The notes: generated by a model from the sequence alone, not told the origin. Positions 45,066 to 54,665 are shown, counted from the first letter of the stretch. The stretch is DNA of 64,000 bases from an uncultured Chloroflexia bacterium (GCA_963720855.1 CAVRGV010000002.1:75994-139993), one strand, 5' to 3'. A program made the numbers and translations.

Positions 45066-45722
45066 CTCGTCGGCTGAAATCAGCACCGACGCTCCGACCA
45101 ACTCGAGTTCCGGCGCGGACCGTTCCGCCTCCTCGACTTTCGCCTGGAGCACATCCCCCAGAGCGACGCCGTCGCTCGAGCCAAGCGGCGGTAGCTCATC
45201 CAGCGACGACAGCCCAAAGTGCTGCAGGAACGCCGGCGTGGTCACATATTGATATGGTTGGCCGGCCGATTCGGCCCGTCCTCCGGCTTCCACTAGGCCT
45301 CGTGAGAGGAGCGTGGCAAGCACTCCGGTCGAGTCGACGCCACGCACGGCCTCGATCGTCGATCGGGTAACCGGCTGCTGATAGGCAACGATAGCGACGG
45401 TTTCCAGCGCGGCGCTGGAGAGACGCGCCTCGCGCTCCAATCCAAGAAAGCGGCGGATATGACCCGCAAATCGGGGAGCAGTGGCGATCTGCACCTGATC
45501 CCGATGTCGCTGCACCACCCAGCCTCTGTCCTCGTATTCGGACAGGCGCGCCACTGCTGAATCGACCTCATCCATCCGGGCTCCAGCAACCTCCGCAAGG
45601 TCCGCAACTGACACCGGGCCAGACGCAACCAGCAAGAGCGCTTCGATGAGCGCAGGCAGCTCGAATTCGATTTCTCGCGGATCGCGCATTTCCAGCGCAA
45701 TCACCTGTTCGATATCCGTCAT
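45042..45722 (-). CDS. scpB: Segregation and condensation protein B
   Basis: ORF 45042..45797; start chosen at MTDIEQV. It contains LIEALLLVASGPVSVADLAEV...TVAIVAYQQPVTRSTIEAVRGVDS. Confidence 0.85.
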   Translation of the reverse strand: MTDIEQVIALEMRDPREIEFELPALIEALLLVASGPVSVADLAEVAGARMDEVDSAVARLSEYEDRGWVVQRHRDQVQIATAPRFAGHIRRFLGLEREARLSSAALETVAIVAYQQPVTRSTIEAVRGVDSTGVLATLLSRGLVEAGGRAESAGQPYQYVTTPAFLQHFGLSSLDELPPLGSSDGVALGDVLQAKVEEAERSAPELELVGASVLISADESAELANP

Positions 45723-45756
45723 CACTGTCCTGTCCGTCGTAAAAGCGTGCTGGCCA

Positions 45757-46533
45757 TTAGAACTCCTCGACTTCATCGAAGAGGGGAGCCGGCCCATCGC
45801 CCAGTCGCTGAATCGTTATCTCACCGAACGGCTCGGTTTGCTCGGCATCCGCCGCACCGCGGCGAATCATCACGAGTAATGCTAAAAAGAGCGCTCGTCG
45901 CTCAGAGGCATCCTGACAGTTGGCATCGGCTATGCCATTGAACGATGTGAGGCCACCGGTAAGCGCCACGTTCAATCGCCCTATCATCTCGCGCAGGCTG
46001 ACCGCAGGCTTGATGAGCACCAACTTGCGAACCGGCTCGACCACGACCAGCTTGCGCTGCAGCGCACGGGCCAGCCACGATGCGTCGTGCCGTCCCAATG
46101 GAAGCTCTTTCGGCTTGTCGGGCAGCTCGACCGCATCGGCGCTCGGCGAAAAGGCCACCATGCCGAGCTTGTCGATCTGCGCGAATTGTCTGGCGGCCTC
46201 TTTGATCGCTTTGTATTCAAGGAGCTGAACTACCAGCCCCTCCTCATCCTCTTCCTCTGCGGGCACGACTGGGCGGGGGAGCAGCGAGCGCGCCTTGATA
46301 ACGATCAAGCGGCTGCCCACCGTGGTGAACTCGGCAACGGTTTCCGGCGCCGAACCGCCAAGCTCGCGGGCCGCCTGAAGAAACTGATCGCTCACCAGCG
46401 CCAGCGACACCTCTGAAATTGGAAGCTGTTGCTTCTCGATCAGGCGCAGCAAAACATCGAGCGGCCCCTCGAAGGTGGGAAGCCGAAGCTGCCAGGTAAA
46501 TGCAGTGTTGTGATCGAAGGTGATTGCGCTCAT
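45757..46533 (-). CDS. scpA: Segregation and condensation protein A
   Basis: Intact 258-aa ORF: FEGPLDVLLRLIEKQQLPISEVSLALVSDQFL. Confidence 0.85.
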   Translation of the reverse strand: MSAITFDHNTAFTWQLRLPTFEGPLDVLLRLIEKQQLPISEVSLALVSDQFLQAARELGGSAPETVAEFTTVGSRLIVIKARSLLPRPVVPAEEEDEEGLVVQLLEYKAIKEAARQFAQIDKLGMVAFSPSADAVELPDKPKELPLGRHDASWLARALQRKLVVVEPVRKLVLIKPAVSLREMIGRLNVALTGGLTSFNGIADANCQDASERRALFLALLVMIRRGAADAEQTEPFGEITIQRLGDGPAPLFDEVEEF

Positions 46534-46563
46534 GCGGGGCCGATTGTACGCTGCGAAAAGCGA

Positions 46564-47097
46564 TCAGGAGGCGAAGTCGGCCGCTTGCAGCCGGGCCAGG
46601 TCGGGATCGCCCAGATCGGATTCGGCCTCATGGTTGCGAATCAGCCAGCAGGTTCGCTCGCTGCACCCCAGTTGCTGAGCGACGTCAGCTCCGATCGCGG
46701 GATGAAGCATGGTCAATGCCAGGCCGGGAAGGCGCCCGTCGGGATACTCTGCCGCGACTTTTGCGAGCCTCCCGGGTGATACGCGCTTCAGGACGACTTT
46801 TCCCACCCGGTCGGTCAGTCGCACCTGGTTGCGACCGTCCGACTTCCCGATGTCATGCAGCAACCCGGCCAGGAGCAGGTCCGGTTCGGTCACACCCTGC
46901 GATTGCAGATGGTTGGCGACCCGGCAAAGATGCTGTTGATCGAATGCCGGCATCGTCTCGAAACGCTGCCGCTGTTCGGGCGTCAGCAGTTCGAGGATGG
47001 TGCGATCGACATCGGCCCCGGCGCGGGTGGGACTCAGCCCGCGCAGGCCCTGCACCAGGCGCTTGCGAGCGTAGGCGAAGGAAGATTGGTCGCTCAT
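46564..47097 (-). CDS. HD-domain phosphohydrolase
   Basis: Start at MSDQSSFAY (ATG 47095-47097) inside ORF 46564..47355. It carries the GLLHDIGK HD motif. Confidence 0.75.
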   Translation of the reverse strand: MSDQSSFAYARKRLVQGLRGLSPTRAGADVDRTILELLTPEQRQRFETMPAFDQQHLCRVANHLQSQGVTEPDLLLAGLLHDIGKSDGRNQVRLTDRVGKVVLKRVSPGRLAKVAAEYPDGRLPGLALTMLHPAIGADVAQQLGCSERTCWLIRNHEAESDLGDPDLARLQAADFAS

Positions 47098-47111
47098 GAC
47101 AGCGCGCGCGG

Positions 47112-47864
47112 TCACAACAGAATGCGCCATAAGAGCTGACGTACCGGATCGATCATTTCGCTGGTGAGCGACGATCCGAAACGGCCGCCAAGAAAGAAGA
47201 CCAGGAAGAGAATCAGGAAGCCATAGCGCTCGAGGGGGGCCAGCACTGGCGTCCAGAACTTGGGCAGGATACCGACCATGATCTTGTATCCATCCAGGGG
47301 CGGCAAGGGAATGGCATTGAACGAGGCCAGCAGCACATTGACCGTGAAGAACCAATACGCCACATAACCGAGCTCACTCGTATTGGGGTTCATGTTGCGC
47401 AGTATCACCGCGGCCGGCACTGCCAGCGCGACATTCGTAAGAGGTCCTGCCAGTGCCACCAAAGCCATGGCGCGATGTCGCTGATCGGGCTTGAAGGCGG
47501 TCAACCGGCTCGGATTGACCGGAACCGGCTTGCCCCAGCCGATGAAGTTGTATCCCAGTGAAATGAGCGCCATTCCCATAAAACCGAATGGCTCGAAGTG
47601 CGACACCGGATTCAGCGTCACGCGGCCCTGTTGCTCGGCGGTGTGATCGCCGAGCTTGAGCGCGACGTACGCGTGCATGAACTCATGGATAGAGATCGCC
47701 ACAACGAAACATCCGAGCACCGTCACGATCTGCTTGGTCGGTGGCAGCGTGTGACCACTCATGAGCTGACCCAGGAGCAGGATCAGCATGATGATGTAGA
47801 TGCCGGAGTTTGGACTTCCGCGACTTACGAAATGGAGCTTATGGCGATCGGAATCGCGAAACAC
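47112..47864 (-). CDS. M50 family membrane metalloprotease (site-2 protease-like, no CBS domain)
   Basis: Intact 250-aa ORF with HEFMH and the NAIPLPPLDG motif. Confidence 0.8.
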   Translation of the reverse strand: MFRDSDRHKLHFVSRGSPNSGIYIIMLILLLGQLMSGHTLPPTKQIVTVLGCFVVAISIHEFMHAYVALKLGDHTAEQQGRVTLNPVSHFEPFGFMGMALISLGYNFIGWGKPVPVNPSRLTAFKPDQRHRAMALVALAGPLTNVALAVPAAVILRNMNPNTSELGYVAYWFFTVNVLLASFNAIPLPPLDGYKIMVGILPKFWTPVLAPLERYGFLILFLVFFLGGRFGSSLTSEMIDPVRQLLWRILL

Positions 47865-47867
47865 CGA

Positions 47868-48901
47868 TCAGGCGCCGGATCCGGGATAGAGGTGACACGC
47901 AACGAAGTGCCTGTCACCCTGATCGGCCAGAATCGGGTCGATCTGCTTGCAGACGTCCATGACGTACGGGCAGCGGGTGTGGAAGTGGCATCCGCTGGGC
48001 GGATTGATCGGGCTCGGCACATCGCCGGTCAGGATGATCCGCTCGCGTCCGCGCTCGATGACCGGGTCCGGAATCGGCACGGCCGAAAGCAGCGCCTTCG
48101 TGTACGGATGCAGCGGGTCCTCGTAGAGCGCGTTGCGGTCGGCCAGCTCGACGATCTTGCCGAGGTACATGACCGCGACGCGGTCGGAAATGTGCCGCAC
48201 CACCGAGAGGTCGTGGGCGATGAAGAGATACGTCAGTCCGAACTCGTTCTGCAGGTCTTCCAGCAGGTTGACGATCTGGGCCTGAATCGACACGTCGAGC
48301 GCCGAAACCGGCTCGTCGCAGACGATGAAGTCCGGATTCGCCGCGAGCGCGCGGGCGATACCGATGCGCTGCCGCTGACCGCCGGAGAACTCGTGCGGAT
48401 AGCGATTGGCAAAGTAGGGATTGAGTCCCACGGTCTGCAGCAGTTCCTGCACGCGCTGGTTGCGCTGATTCTTCGGTACCAGGTTGTGAATCTGCATCGG
48501 TTCGGAGACGATGCTGCCGACCGTCATGCGCGGGTTCAGCGACGCATACGGATCCTGGAAGATCATCTGCAGGTGGCGGCGCATCTTGCGCATCTCGCCA
48601 CCGTCGAGCTTGGTCAGATCTTTGCCCGTTGAAGATCACCTCGCCGGCGGTCGGTTTGTAGAGCTGCAGAATCGCGCGGCCGGTGGTCGACTTGCCGCAG
48701 CCGGACTCGCCCACCAGGCCGAGCGTTTCGCCCCGGTTGACCGCGAGCGAAACGCCGTCGACGGCCTGAACCGCGCCGACTTTGCGCTGGAAGATGATGC
48801 CCTGGGTCAGCGGAAAGTGCATGACCAGGTTGCGAACATCGAGCAGCGGTTGTTGCCCATTGCTGTGAAACCGCCTCCGCCTTCGCTGTTTCGACCGCCA
48901 T
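47868..48901 (-). CDS. Peptide ABC transporter ATP-binding protein (OppF-like), second copy; two frame breaks
   Basis: Fragments 47914..48822 ([15 protein letters not shown]) and 47868..48593 ([15 protein letters not shown]...). The ATG at 48899-48901 overlaps the stop of the upstream ATPase (TGATG). Confidence 0.8.
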
Positions 48902-49985
48902 CAGGCTTCTCCCCTCAGTCGGAATCGCCGTCCTTCGATGACTTCTTCCCAGAACCAGCACGCGCTCTTGTGCCCTGGCAGAAACCTCCAGCAGCGGCGG
49001 CCGCTTCTGCTCGCACTTCTCGCGCGCATAGTCGCAGCGCGGCACGAACGGGCACATATCCGGGTAGATCGATCAGGTCGGGCGGAAGCCCGCGAATCGG
49101 CTCGAGCCGGCCGCGTTCCCGCGCGTCGAGGCGCGGAATCGACTTCATCAGGCCGACCGTGTACGGGTGGCGCGGATTCGCGAAGATTTCTTCCGTGCTC
49201 GCGGTTTCCACGATCGATGCCGGCGTACATGACTTGCACGCGGTCGGCCATTCCGGCCACCACGCCCATCGAGTGGGTAATCATGATCACGCCGGTGTCG
49301 CGCTCTTTTTGCAGCGACTCGCATCAGGTCGAGAATCTGCGCCTGGATCGTCACGTCGAGCGCGGTGGTTGGCTCGTCGGCAATGATCAGTTTCGGATTG
49401 CAGGAAAGCGCCATCGCGATCATCACGCGCTGGCGCATACCGCCGGAGAACTGGTGCGGATACTGATCGATGCGCTCTTCCGCGTTCGGGATGCCGACCA
49501 TGCGCAGCAGCTCGATCGGCGCGCGCTTTGGCCTGATCTTTCGACATGCCCATGTGAAGCTGCAGCGCTTCGCTGATCTGCCGGTTGATGGTGAGCACCG
49601 GGTTCAGCGAGGTCATCGGGTCCTGGAAGATCATCGCGATCTGATTGCCGCGGATGCGGCGAATCTGGTCGTCGCTGAGCTTCAGCAGGTCCTGGCCCTC
49701 GAAGATCACCTCGCCATTCGACGATCTTGCCCGGCGGGTTTGGGATCAGCCGCATGATCGAAAGACCGGTGATGCTCTTGCCGCAACCGGACTCGCCGAC
49801 TACGCCAAGGGTTTCGCCCGGCATCACATAGAAGGAGACGTCGTCGACTGCTTGACGACCCCGTCCTGGGTGAAGAACTGGGTCTGGAGATTCTTGACTT
49901 CGAGCAGGGGCGCCCCGCCTTGTTTGGTGCTGCCAGAACGCATCTGGGTTGCACTGGACTCCTTCGAGGAGGCTTCCGCGGACAT
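48901..49985 (-). pseudogene. Peptide ABC transporter ATP-binding protein (OppD-like), second copy, broken into at least six frame fragments
   Basis: Pieces lie in ORFs 49423..49827 ([19 protein letters not shown]), 49287..49709 ([15 protein letters not shown]), 49148..49501 ([15 protein letters not shown]...[10 protein letters not shown]), 48901..49290, 48915..49211 and 48614..49057. The start is ATG 49983-49985. Confidence 0.75.
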
Positions 49986-50404
49986 CTCTCGTCCTTTCAA
50001 CGGGAACTTGATTCAGTTCTCGTCAGACTATCAGGAGTGCTCCTGCTCCTTGCGGCCATCCGGTCGATGGTTGGCACAAAGGCCAGCCAGCCATCATCGA
50101 AGCTGACTCGAAACAATAGAGCGGACGCGACGCGAATATACCATGGTCATAGGCAACGGCCAACGGCTCTATGGAATCGATTGAAAACAATTCACGCTCC
50201 GCCTGTCTCGGCCCTGTCAGTGTACTCGCAGTAACGAATGCGCGTCCGCGAAATATCAGAAGTTGGTTGTGATTAGCGTTCCATCTGGTGCATGCCCAAT
50301 TCGAATAGTCGGGCGGCACATCGCTCGACCAAAGAACGTGGAGCGACCTCAGCTTTCATCTTGCAAATTGTCCGATAGTCACGTGCGAATAGGCCGGAAA
50401 ATAC

Positions 50405-50434
50405 AAAACGCCGGCCATTGCTGGCCGGCGTTTT
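50405..50434 (-). terminator. Rho-independent terminator after the DUF2807-like gene
   Basis: AAAACGCCGGCCA / TGGCCGGCGTTTT, a 13-bp stem with a 4-nt loop. A T-rich tract (TTTTGTATTTT) follows on the minus strand. Confidence 0.8.
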
Positions 50435-50448
50435 CGTGTTCCCAAAAG

Positions 50449-51186
50449 CTAGGAAGCGAGCGCCTCGAACGGCAGCGCGTTGAGCCGCGCCGAATCTTCG
50501 GTGCTGACCGAAACCGATCCGGACTCGGTCATGTAGTCGATAACGGCAGAATCCTCGGCTTGCCCGCTGAGTGAGTCGGTGAAGCGAATCTTGCTGTGCG
50601 ACGAACCTTCGACTTCGATGTCCGCGGACTTCGAATCGAGTTGGAGGGCATCGTAGGTGGAGCTATCTTCGTTTTCGATTTGCTGGCTATCGGCTGTGCC
50701 AGCAATCGTCACGGTGCTGCTGCCTTCGATTTGCGCCTCGAGCCGGCTAACGGCCAGATTGGTGATTTGCAATCCGGCGGAATCCTCCACCGAAAGCTGA
50801 AGCGAATCGGTGGTCAGACCATCGACTTCAGCCGTCACCGATCCTTCGAGCTCGATCTCGGAAAGCGACGGCACGGTAATGTGATAGACAAGGTCCGACC
50901 CGGCGGAGTTGTTGTCGTCGTCGTTTGGCTCGATCTCCAGCGTGTTGAAGTAGGTCTGCACCTGCAGGTTGGCGATCTCCGCCTCCGGACCAGAAACGGT
51001 CACCGAAGCCGGCGAGCCGATGGTGATGATCGCGTGCCCGCCGCCCTGGATCTGGAGCTGCGAGAACGAGTCCACCTGGAACGGCGTCCCATCGGTCTGT
51101 GCCGCGACAGGCGCCAGATGCATGGCTCCTGCCAGTAACGCACCTGCGCCAACGACCGAACCTATTTTCCTGATTCCCAGTTTCAT
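50449..51186 (-). CDS. Secreted beta-rich protein, DUF2807-like (putative adhesin head GIN domain)
   Basis: Start at MKLGIRKIGSVVGAGALLAGAMHLAPVAAQ (signal peptide; ATG 51184-51186, GGGGAG upstream). The body is made of repetitive acidic beta-strand segments (...SEIELEGSVTAEVDGLTTDSLQLSVEDSAGLQITN...). Confidence 0.65.
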   Translation of the reverse strand: MKLGIRKIGSVVGAGALLAGAMHLAPVAAQTDGTPFQVDSFSQLQIQGGGHAIITIGSPASVTVSGPEAEIANLQVQTYFNTLEIEPNDDDNNSAGSDLVYHITVPSLSEIELEGSVTAEVDGLTTDSLQLSVEDSAGLQITNLAVSRLEAQIEGSSTVTIAGTADSQQIENEDSSTYDALQLDSKSADIEVEGSSHSKIRFTDSLSGQAEDSAVIDYMTESGSVSVSTEDSARLNALPFEALAS

Positions 51187-51576
51187 CGAATGCTCCCCGC
51201 GCCACCGCGCAACGTCTAGACCGCGTATTCCAGCCCGAGTCGGCGAGCTTCCGCCTGTCACGCGACACCCGCGCGCCAAATCGGCCGGTCAATCCAATAA
51301 CCGATTCGCTCGGCTGGCAGAGGTCCGACTTCTCTGTCTCCACCATCTTAAAGAAGGGGAGGCGCTGCGTCTCCCCTCCCAAAGAAGGGTTTCTCGGCTG
51401 ATCGGGTTGGCCCTCGGACTGGGCCAGGCCAAGCAAGCCTCTCCGCCTTGCTGCCTGTGCGACCGTATATCCCCATTGCCTGAGTGCTCGCAGCGAGAAT
51501 CGCCAGCGACGAACATTCTTTTGCACAATTTTGCAGAGAAAATTGCCGGCCCAGGTGTATGTACATTGACTTGAAG

Positions 51577-52191
51577 TCATGATATTTTAAGTGAGCATTG
51601 GTTTTGCCTAGCCGGTGCGCTGAAGCAGTAAGGCTCGATCGCTTCGATCACAACAGGGAACGCAACGGGCGTGAGGTTCATCCCCGGAGCGCTGTGATCG
51701 ATACCCAGCGAAACGATCGGCGGCATGTAGGGTGCATACGCCGGACGGAGAGCTTTGACAGGTCTCGCAGCCGTCCTCGGACGGAAGCACTTTCGCAAGA
51801 AAGCGTCGTTCCCTACGAACGTACGAGACATACACTGAATTACGGTTCCAGCTTGAGCAGCAACAGTGGACGCGTGGAACGTCGGAGCAACCTTCACGGG
51901 CGACGACAGAAACGTTGAGTCAGAGCCAAACGAAGCAGCGCGAATCGCAAGAAACGCATTGTGGAGCGAGGCCAGATTCCAGTCACATGGTCCATGCTGC
52001 GCATAGGCTGGTACACCCACCGGTGGCTTCGGCCCTGGTGGGTGTACTGTTTTACCCATCAGTGCCATGCCGCTAAGCACGTGTCTTATTGGCACACCCC
52101 TCCGGATTTCCCGAAGGTCGCAGGGGTTCTCGCTCCCCGCTACCGTGACTCCGATCCACGGTTCTGCTGTCACCGGACCCTCCCCATCCAT
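51577..52191 (-). CDS. Orphan 204-codon ORF with atypical codon usage; coding status doubtful
   Basis: This is the only long ORF in an otherwise ORF-poor, roughly 56% GC spacer. Over its first 100 codons, GC3 is about 59%, visibly lower than in neighbouring genes (judged by eye), and codon position 1 is G-enriched. It has no SD and I recognise no family. Confidence 0.25.
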   Translation of the reverse strand: MDGEGPVTAEPWIGVTVAGSENPCDLREIRRGVPIRHVLSGMALMGKTVHPPGPKPPVGVPAYAQHGPCDWNLASLHNAFLAIRAASFGSDSTFLSSPVKVAPTFHASTVAAQAGTVIQCMSRTFVGNDAFLRKCFRPRTAARPVKALRPAYAPYMPPIVSLGIDHSAPGMNLTPVAFPVVIEAIEPYCFSAPARQNQCSLKIS

Positions 52192-52262
52192 TGCTTATAA
52201 CTTCATCGACAATATAGAATCCCGTCGATGCAATGGCATCTTTCGAGCGAGGATCCAACCCC

Positions 52263-53201
52263 ATGACCGTCTATGTGCTTCACGAAAACCCCGATTGGTA
52301 TCCACCATTCGCCAAAGCATTTGCCGAAGCTGGTGTCGATGCCCGGGAGTTGCTCCTCGTCGAAGGAACGATCGATATCGATTCGGTCCCAGCAGAAGGG
52401 GTCTACTACAACCGACTCAGCGCCTCCTCGCACACCCGCGGACACATCTGGACCAAGGAGTACACCCGCGCGCTGCTGGAATGGCTGGAAGCGAATGGTC
52501 GCCGGGTCGTCAATGGCCGATCCGTGGTGGAAATGGAAGTCAGCAAGATTCGACAGTACAGCTTGCTGAAGCAGTTCGGGATCGAAACGCCTCGCACGCT
52601 TGCTGTGATTGGAACCACCGATCTACTCGATGCCGCCCGCTCATTTCCCACCCCGTTCATCACCAAGCACAATCAGGGTGGCAAAGGTCTGGGAGTACGC
52701 CGCTTCGATTCGTTCGACGAGTTCCAGTCGTATGTGGGTTCAGACGAATTCGAGTTTCCGGTCGACGGCATCACGCTTTTGCAGGAATATCTCCAGGCAA
52801 CCGAGCCGTTCATCACCCGCATCGAGACCGTCGGTTTCGATTATGTCTACGCCATAACTGCCGACTCAGGGCGAGGTGGGTTCCAGCTTTGTCCCGCCGA
52901 CGCGTGCGAGTTGGATGAATTCGGGAGACCTAAGGCTGCAAAGAGTCTCTTCGCGTTGCGTGAAGGTTTCGACGATCCCCTGATCGATCGAGTGGTCGAC
53001 TTCGCGCGTCGATATCGCCTGGAGATCGCGGGCTTCGAGTTCATCGAAACCGTCGATGGACGCAAAGTCGTCTACGACGTCAACACCAATACCAACTACA
53101 ACCCGGATGTCGAAAAAGTCGCGCCGAAATCTGGGCCTGGCTCGGTGGCTGCGTACCTGAAACGGGTGCTCGAAGAGTCGCGCGAGCTCGCGAGGATCTA
53201 G
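52263..53201 (+). CDS. ATP-grasp family ligase (RimK / glutathione-synthetase-like fold)
   Basis: Intact ORF 52233..53201; the preferred start is MTVYVLHENPDW (AGGA 10 nt upstream). It contains ...FITKHNQGGKGLGVRRFDS...LLQEYL...AGFEFIE...VYDVNTNTNY. Confidence 0.75.
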   Translation: MTVYVLHENPDWYPPFAKAFAEAGVDARELLLVEGTIDIDSVPAEGVYYNRLSASSHTRGHIWTKEYTRALLEWLEANGRRVVNGRSVVEMEVSKIRQYSLLKQFGIETPRTLAVIGTTDLLDAARSFPTPFITKHNQGGKGLGVRRFDSFDEFQSYVGSDEFEFPVDGITLLQEYLQATEPFITRIETVGFDYVYAITADSGRGGFQLCPADACELDEFGRPKAAKSLFALREGFDDPLIDRVVDFARRYRLEIAGFEFIETVDGRKVVYDVNTNTNYNPDVEKVAPKSGPGSVAAYLKRVLEESRELARI

Positions 53202-53238
53202 TCGAGCTCAGCACAAGCAACGCAGGGAAGCCGTTCCC

Positions 53239-54318
53239 CTACGGGTGCGGCATATTGGCGCGGTCTGGTAAAGCCGACGCCTGCCAGGCCGTGAGACTCT
53301 GTCGTTCGGCAATCACCAATGCGAGCGTTTGCACCAAGCCATCAGCAAACGATTGGGCCGAGCAAAACGCTTCCGCCAGATCCCGGCAATAGGTCCAGTC
53401 CAACGCGGCAGCCTCGCGCAAATCGTCACACACACCGCCTGGATCTTTGCCCATCCCGACTCCGGTCAGGTTTGTTGTGAGGAGCTCCCCGATATTGTCT
53501 CGCAGCACCGGACCAGCGTATTCGTCTCCGGCGCACAGCGCCGGCAACCCCATTGCCAGGGCCTCCATGACGCCCCTGGCGGACGAGATCACGACATCGA
53601 AATTAGGCAGGAAATTCTGAATCGATGTGCACGGAATGAAGTGCACCGGTGTAATCGAAGCGCCGAATCGGTCGCAAATGTCCCAGTATTTTTCTCCGTC
53701 TCCCAGCAACGTGACGCGCATGGAGCTCTCCTCGAGCAACTCGAGCACTTTCCAGATCGTCGGCTCGCGGTTCTCGTCGAGTCGCGAGTAGATGAGCACG
53801 CGGATCGGCGCCGCTTCCACCCTCGTGCGCGGAAACACTGGAGTGAAACGGTCGAGATCGACACCTTGATGCATCAGCACCAACTTCTCGCCTGGCAGCC
53901 GAGCTTCCAAACGCTGAAGCGAGCGCTCTGTCAGGCAGATGAAACGGTCGCACCGGCGCTCCAGGCGTTCCGTGATGGGTATGGCCGAATTGTGAACGAT
54001 TCGAAACGCAGGCACGCCCGGCGGGCAAACGTCGAGTAACCGGTCGGAGCCCTCGTCGATCAGCACCAGATCGACATTACCGGGCACGGAATTCTCCAGG
54101 AGATCGATCACGTTGCAAAATCGCCGCATTGGCTGCGCTAGCGGAAATCGGCTGGCGCCTTCCACCGCCAGCGTGACCTCTTCCCCGCGCGTTGCGAAGG
54201 CAGCCACCAAATCGAAAATGAAACTTTGCTGACCGTAGGTCATGTACCGGCCGTGCAGGCTGTACCGTCCGCCGTAGAGAGGATTGTCACTTGCGCAAAC
54301 GAGGTAGAGAATGTGCAC
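53239..54318 (-). CDS. GT-B fold glycosyltransferase (family 4 / family 1-like)
   Basis: Intact 359-aa ORF: MHILYLVCASDNPLYGG... The C-terminal half reads VVISSARGVMEALAMGLPALC. It is convergent with the ATP-grasp gene. Confidence 0.65.
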   Translation of the reverse strand: MHILYLVCASDNPLYGGRYSLHGRYMTYGQQSFIFDLVAAFATRGEEVTLAVEGASRFPLAQPMRRFCNVIDLLENSVPGNVDLVLIDEGSDRLLDVCPPGVPAFRIVHNSAIPITERLERRCDRFICLTERSLQRLEARLPGEKLVLMHQGVDLDRFTPVFPRTRVEAAPIRVLIYSRLDENREPTIWKVLELLEESSMRVTLLGDGEKYWDICDRFGASITPVHFIPCTSIQNFLPNFDVVISSARGVMEALAMGLPALCAGDEYAGPVLRDNIGELLTTNLTGVGMGKDPGGVCDDLREAAALDWTYCRDLAEAFCSAQSFADGLVQTLALVIAERQSLTAWQASALPDRANMPHP

Positions 54319-54665
54319 GGAAACTCCGACTTGTGTTCACGCCCCGGACTGGCGTTCGTTGCCAGTCTGGCCGAATGTCAGTTTACGAATGGTGAGCGCG
54401 GCGGATCATGACCATTGCGACGCTGGTGGATGACACAGAACGCCCTCCTGCGCCCACGACATCGGTCGAATGGGGCGTCGAGATTGCATGATTGTGCGGT
54501 TTCGAAGCTGGCGCGATTGTATGCTCAGCCGGCGTACCAGCACGAATTTCCAGCGAAGGAACGGCTGAACATGGTGAACCGGCGCGTCGTCGGCCCGTAC
54601 ACGCCGAGAGAGCAACGCAGTGGTTCGATGGAATCCCAACGTCGAGCTCCGAGAGGGGCAGCGAC

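Noticed and set aside
51614-51850. A group II intron hypothesis, based on GTGCG at 51614 and GAACGTACG...TTACGGTTC at about 51818-51850 resembling domain V ends.
   Set aside because: The 16 nt between the putative domain V arms cannot form the required bulged helix with a GNRA loop. No reverse transcriptase/maturase ORF is present, and I found no domain VI or EBS-IBS pairing.
52233-53201. The ATP-grasp as a graspetide/microviridin-type RiPP maturase with a precursor peptide encoded in the upstream spacer.
   Set aside because: Neither strand of 51.2-52.3 kb has a small SD-preceded ORF with a Thr/Ser-Asp/Glu-Lys-rich repeated core. The enzyme's N-terminus looks like RimK/GshB-type ligases rather than MdnB/C. 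The idea remains unsupported rather than disproved.
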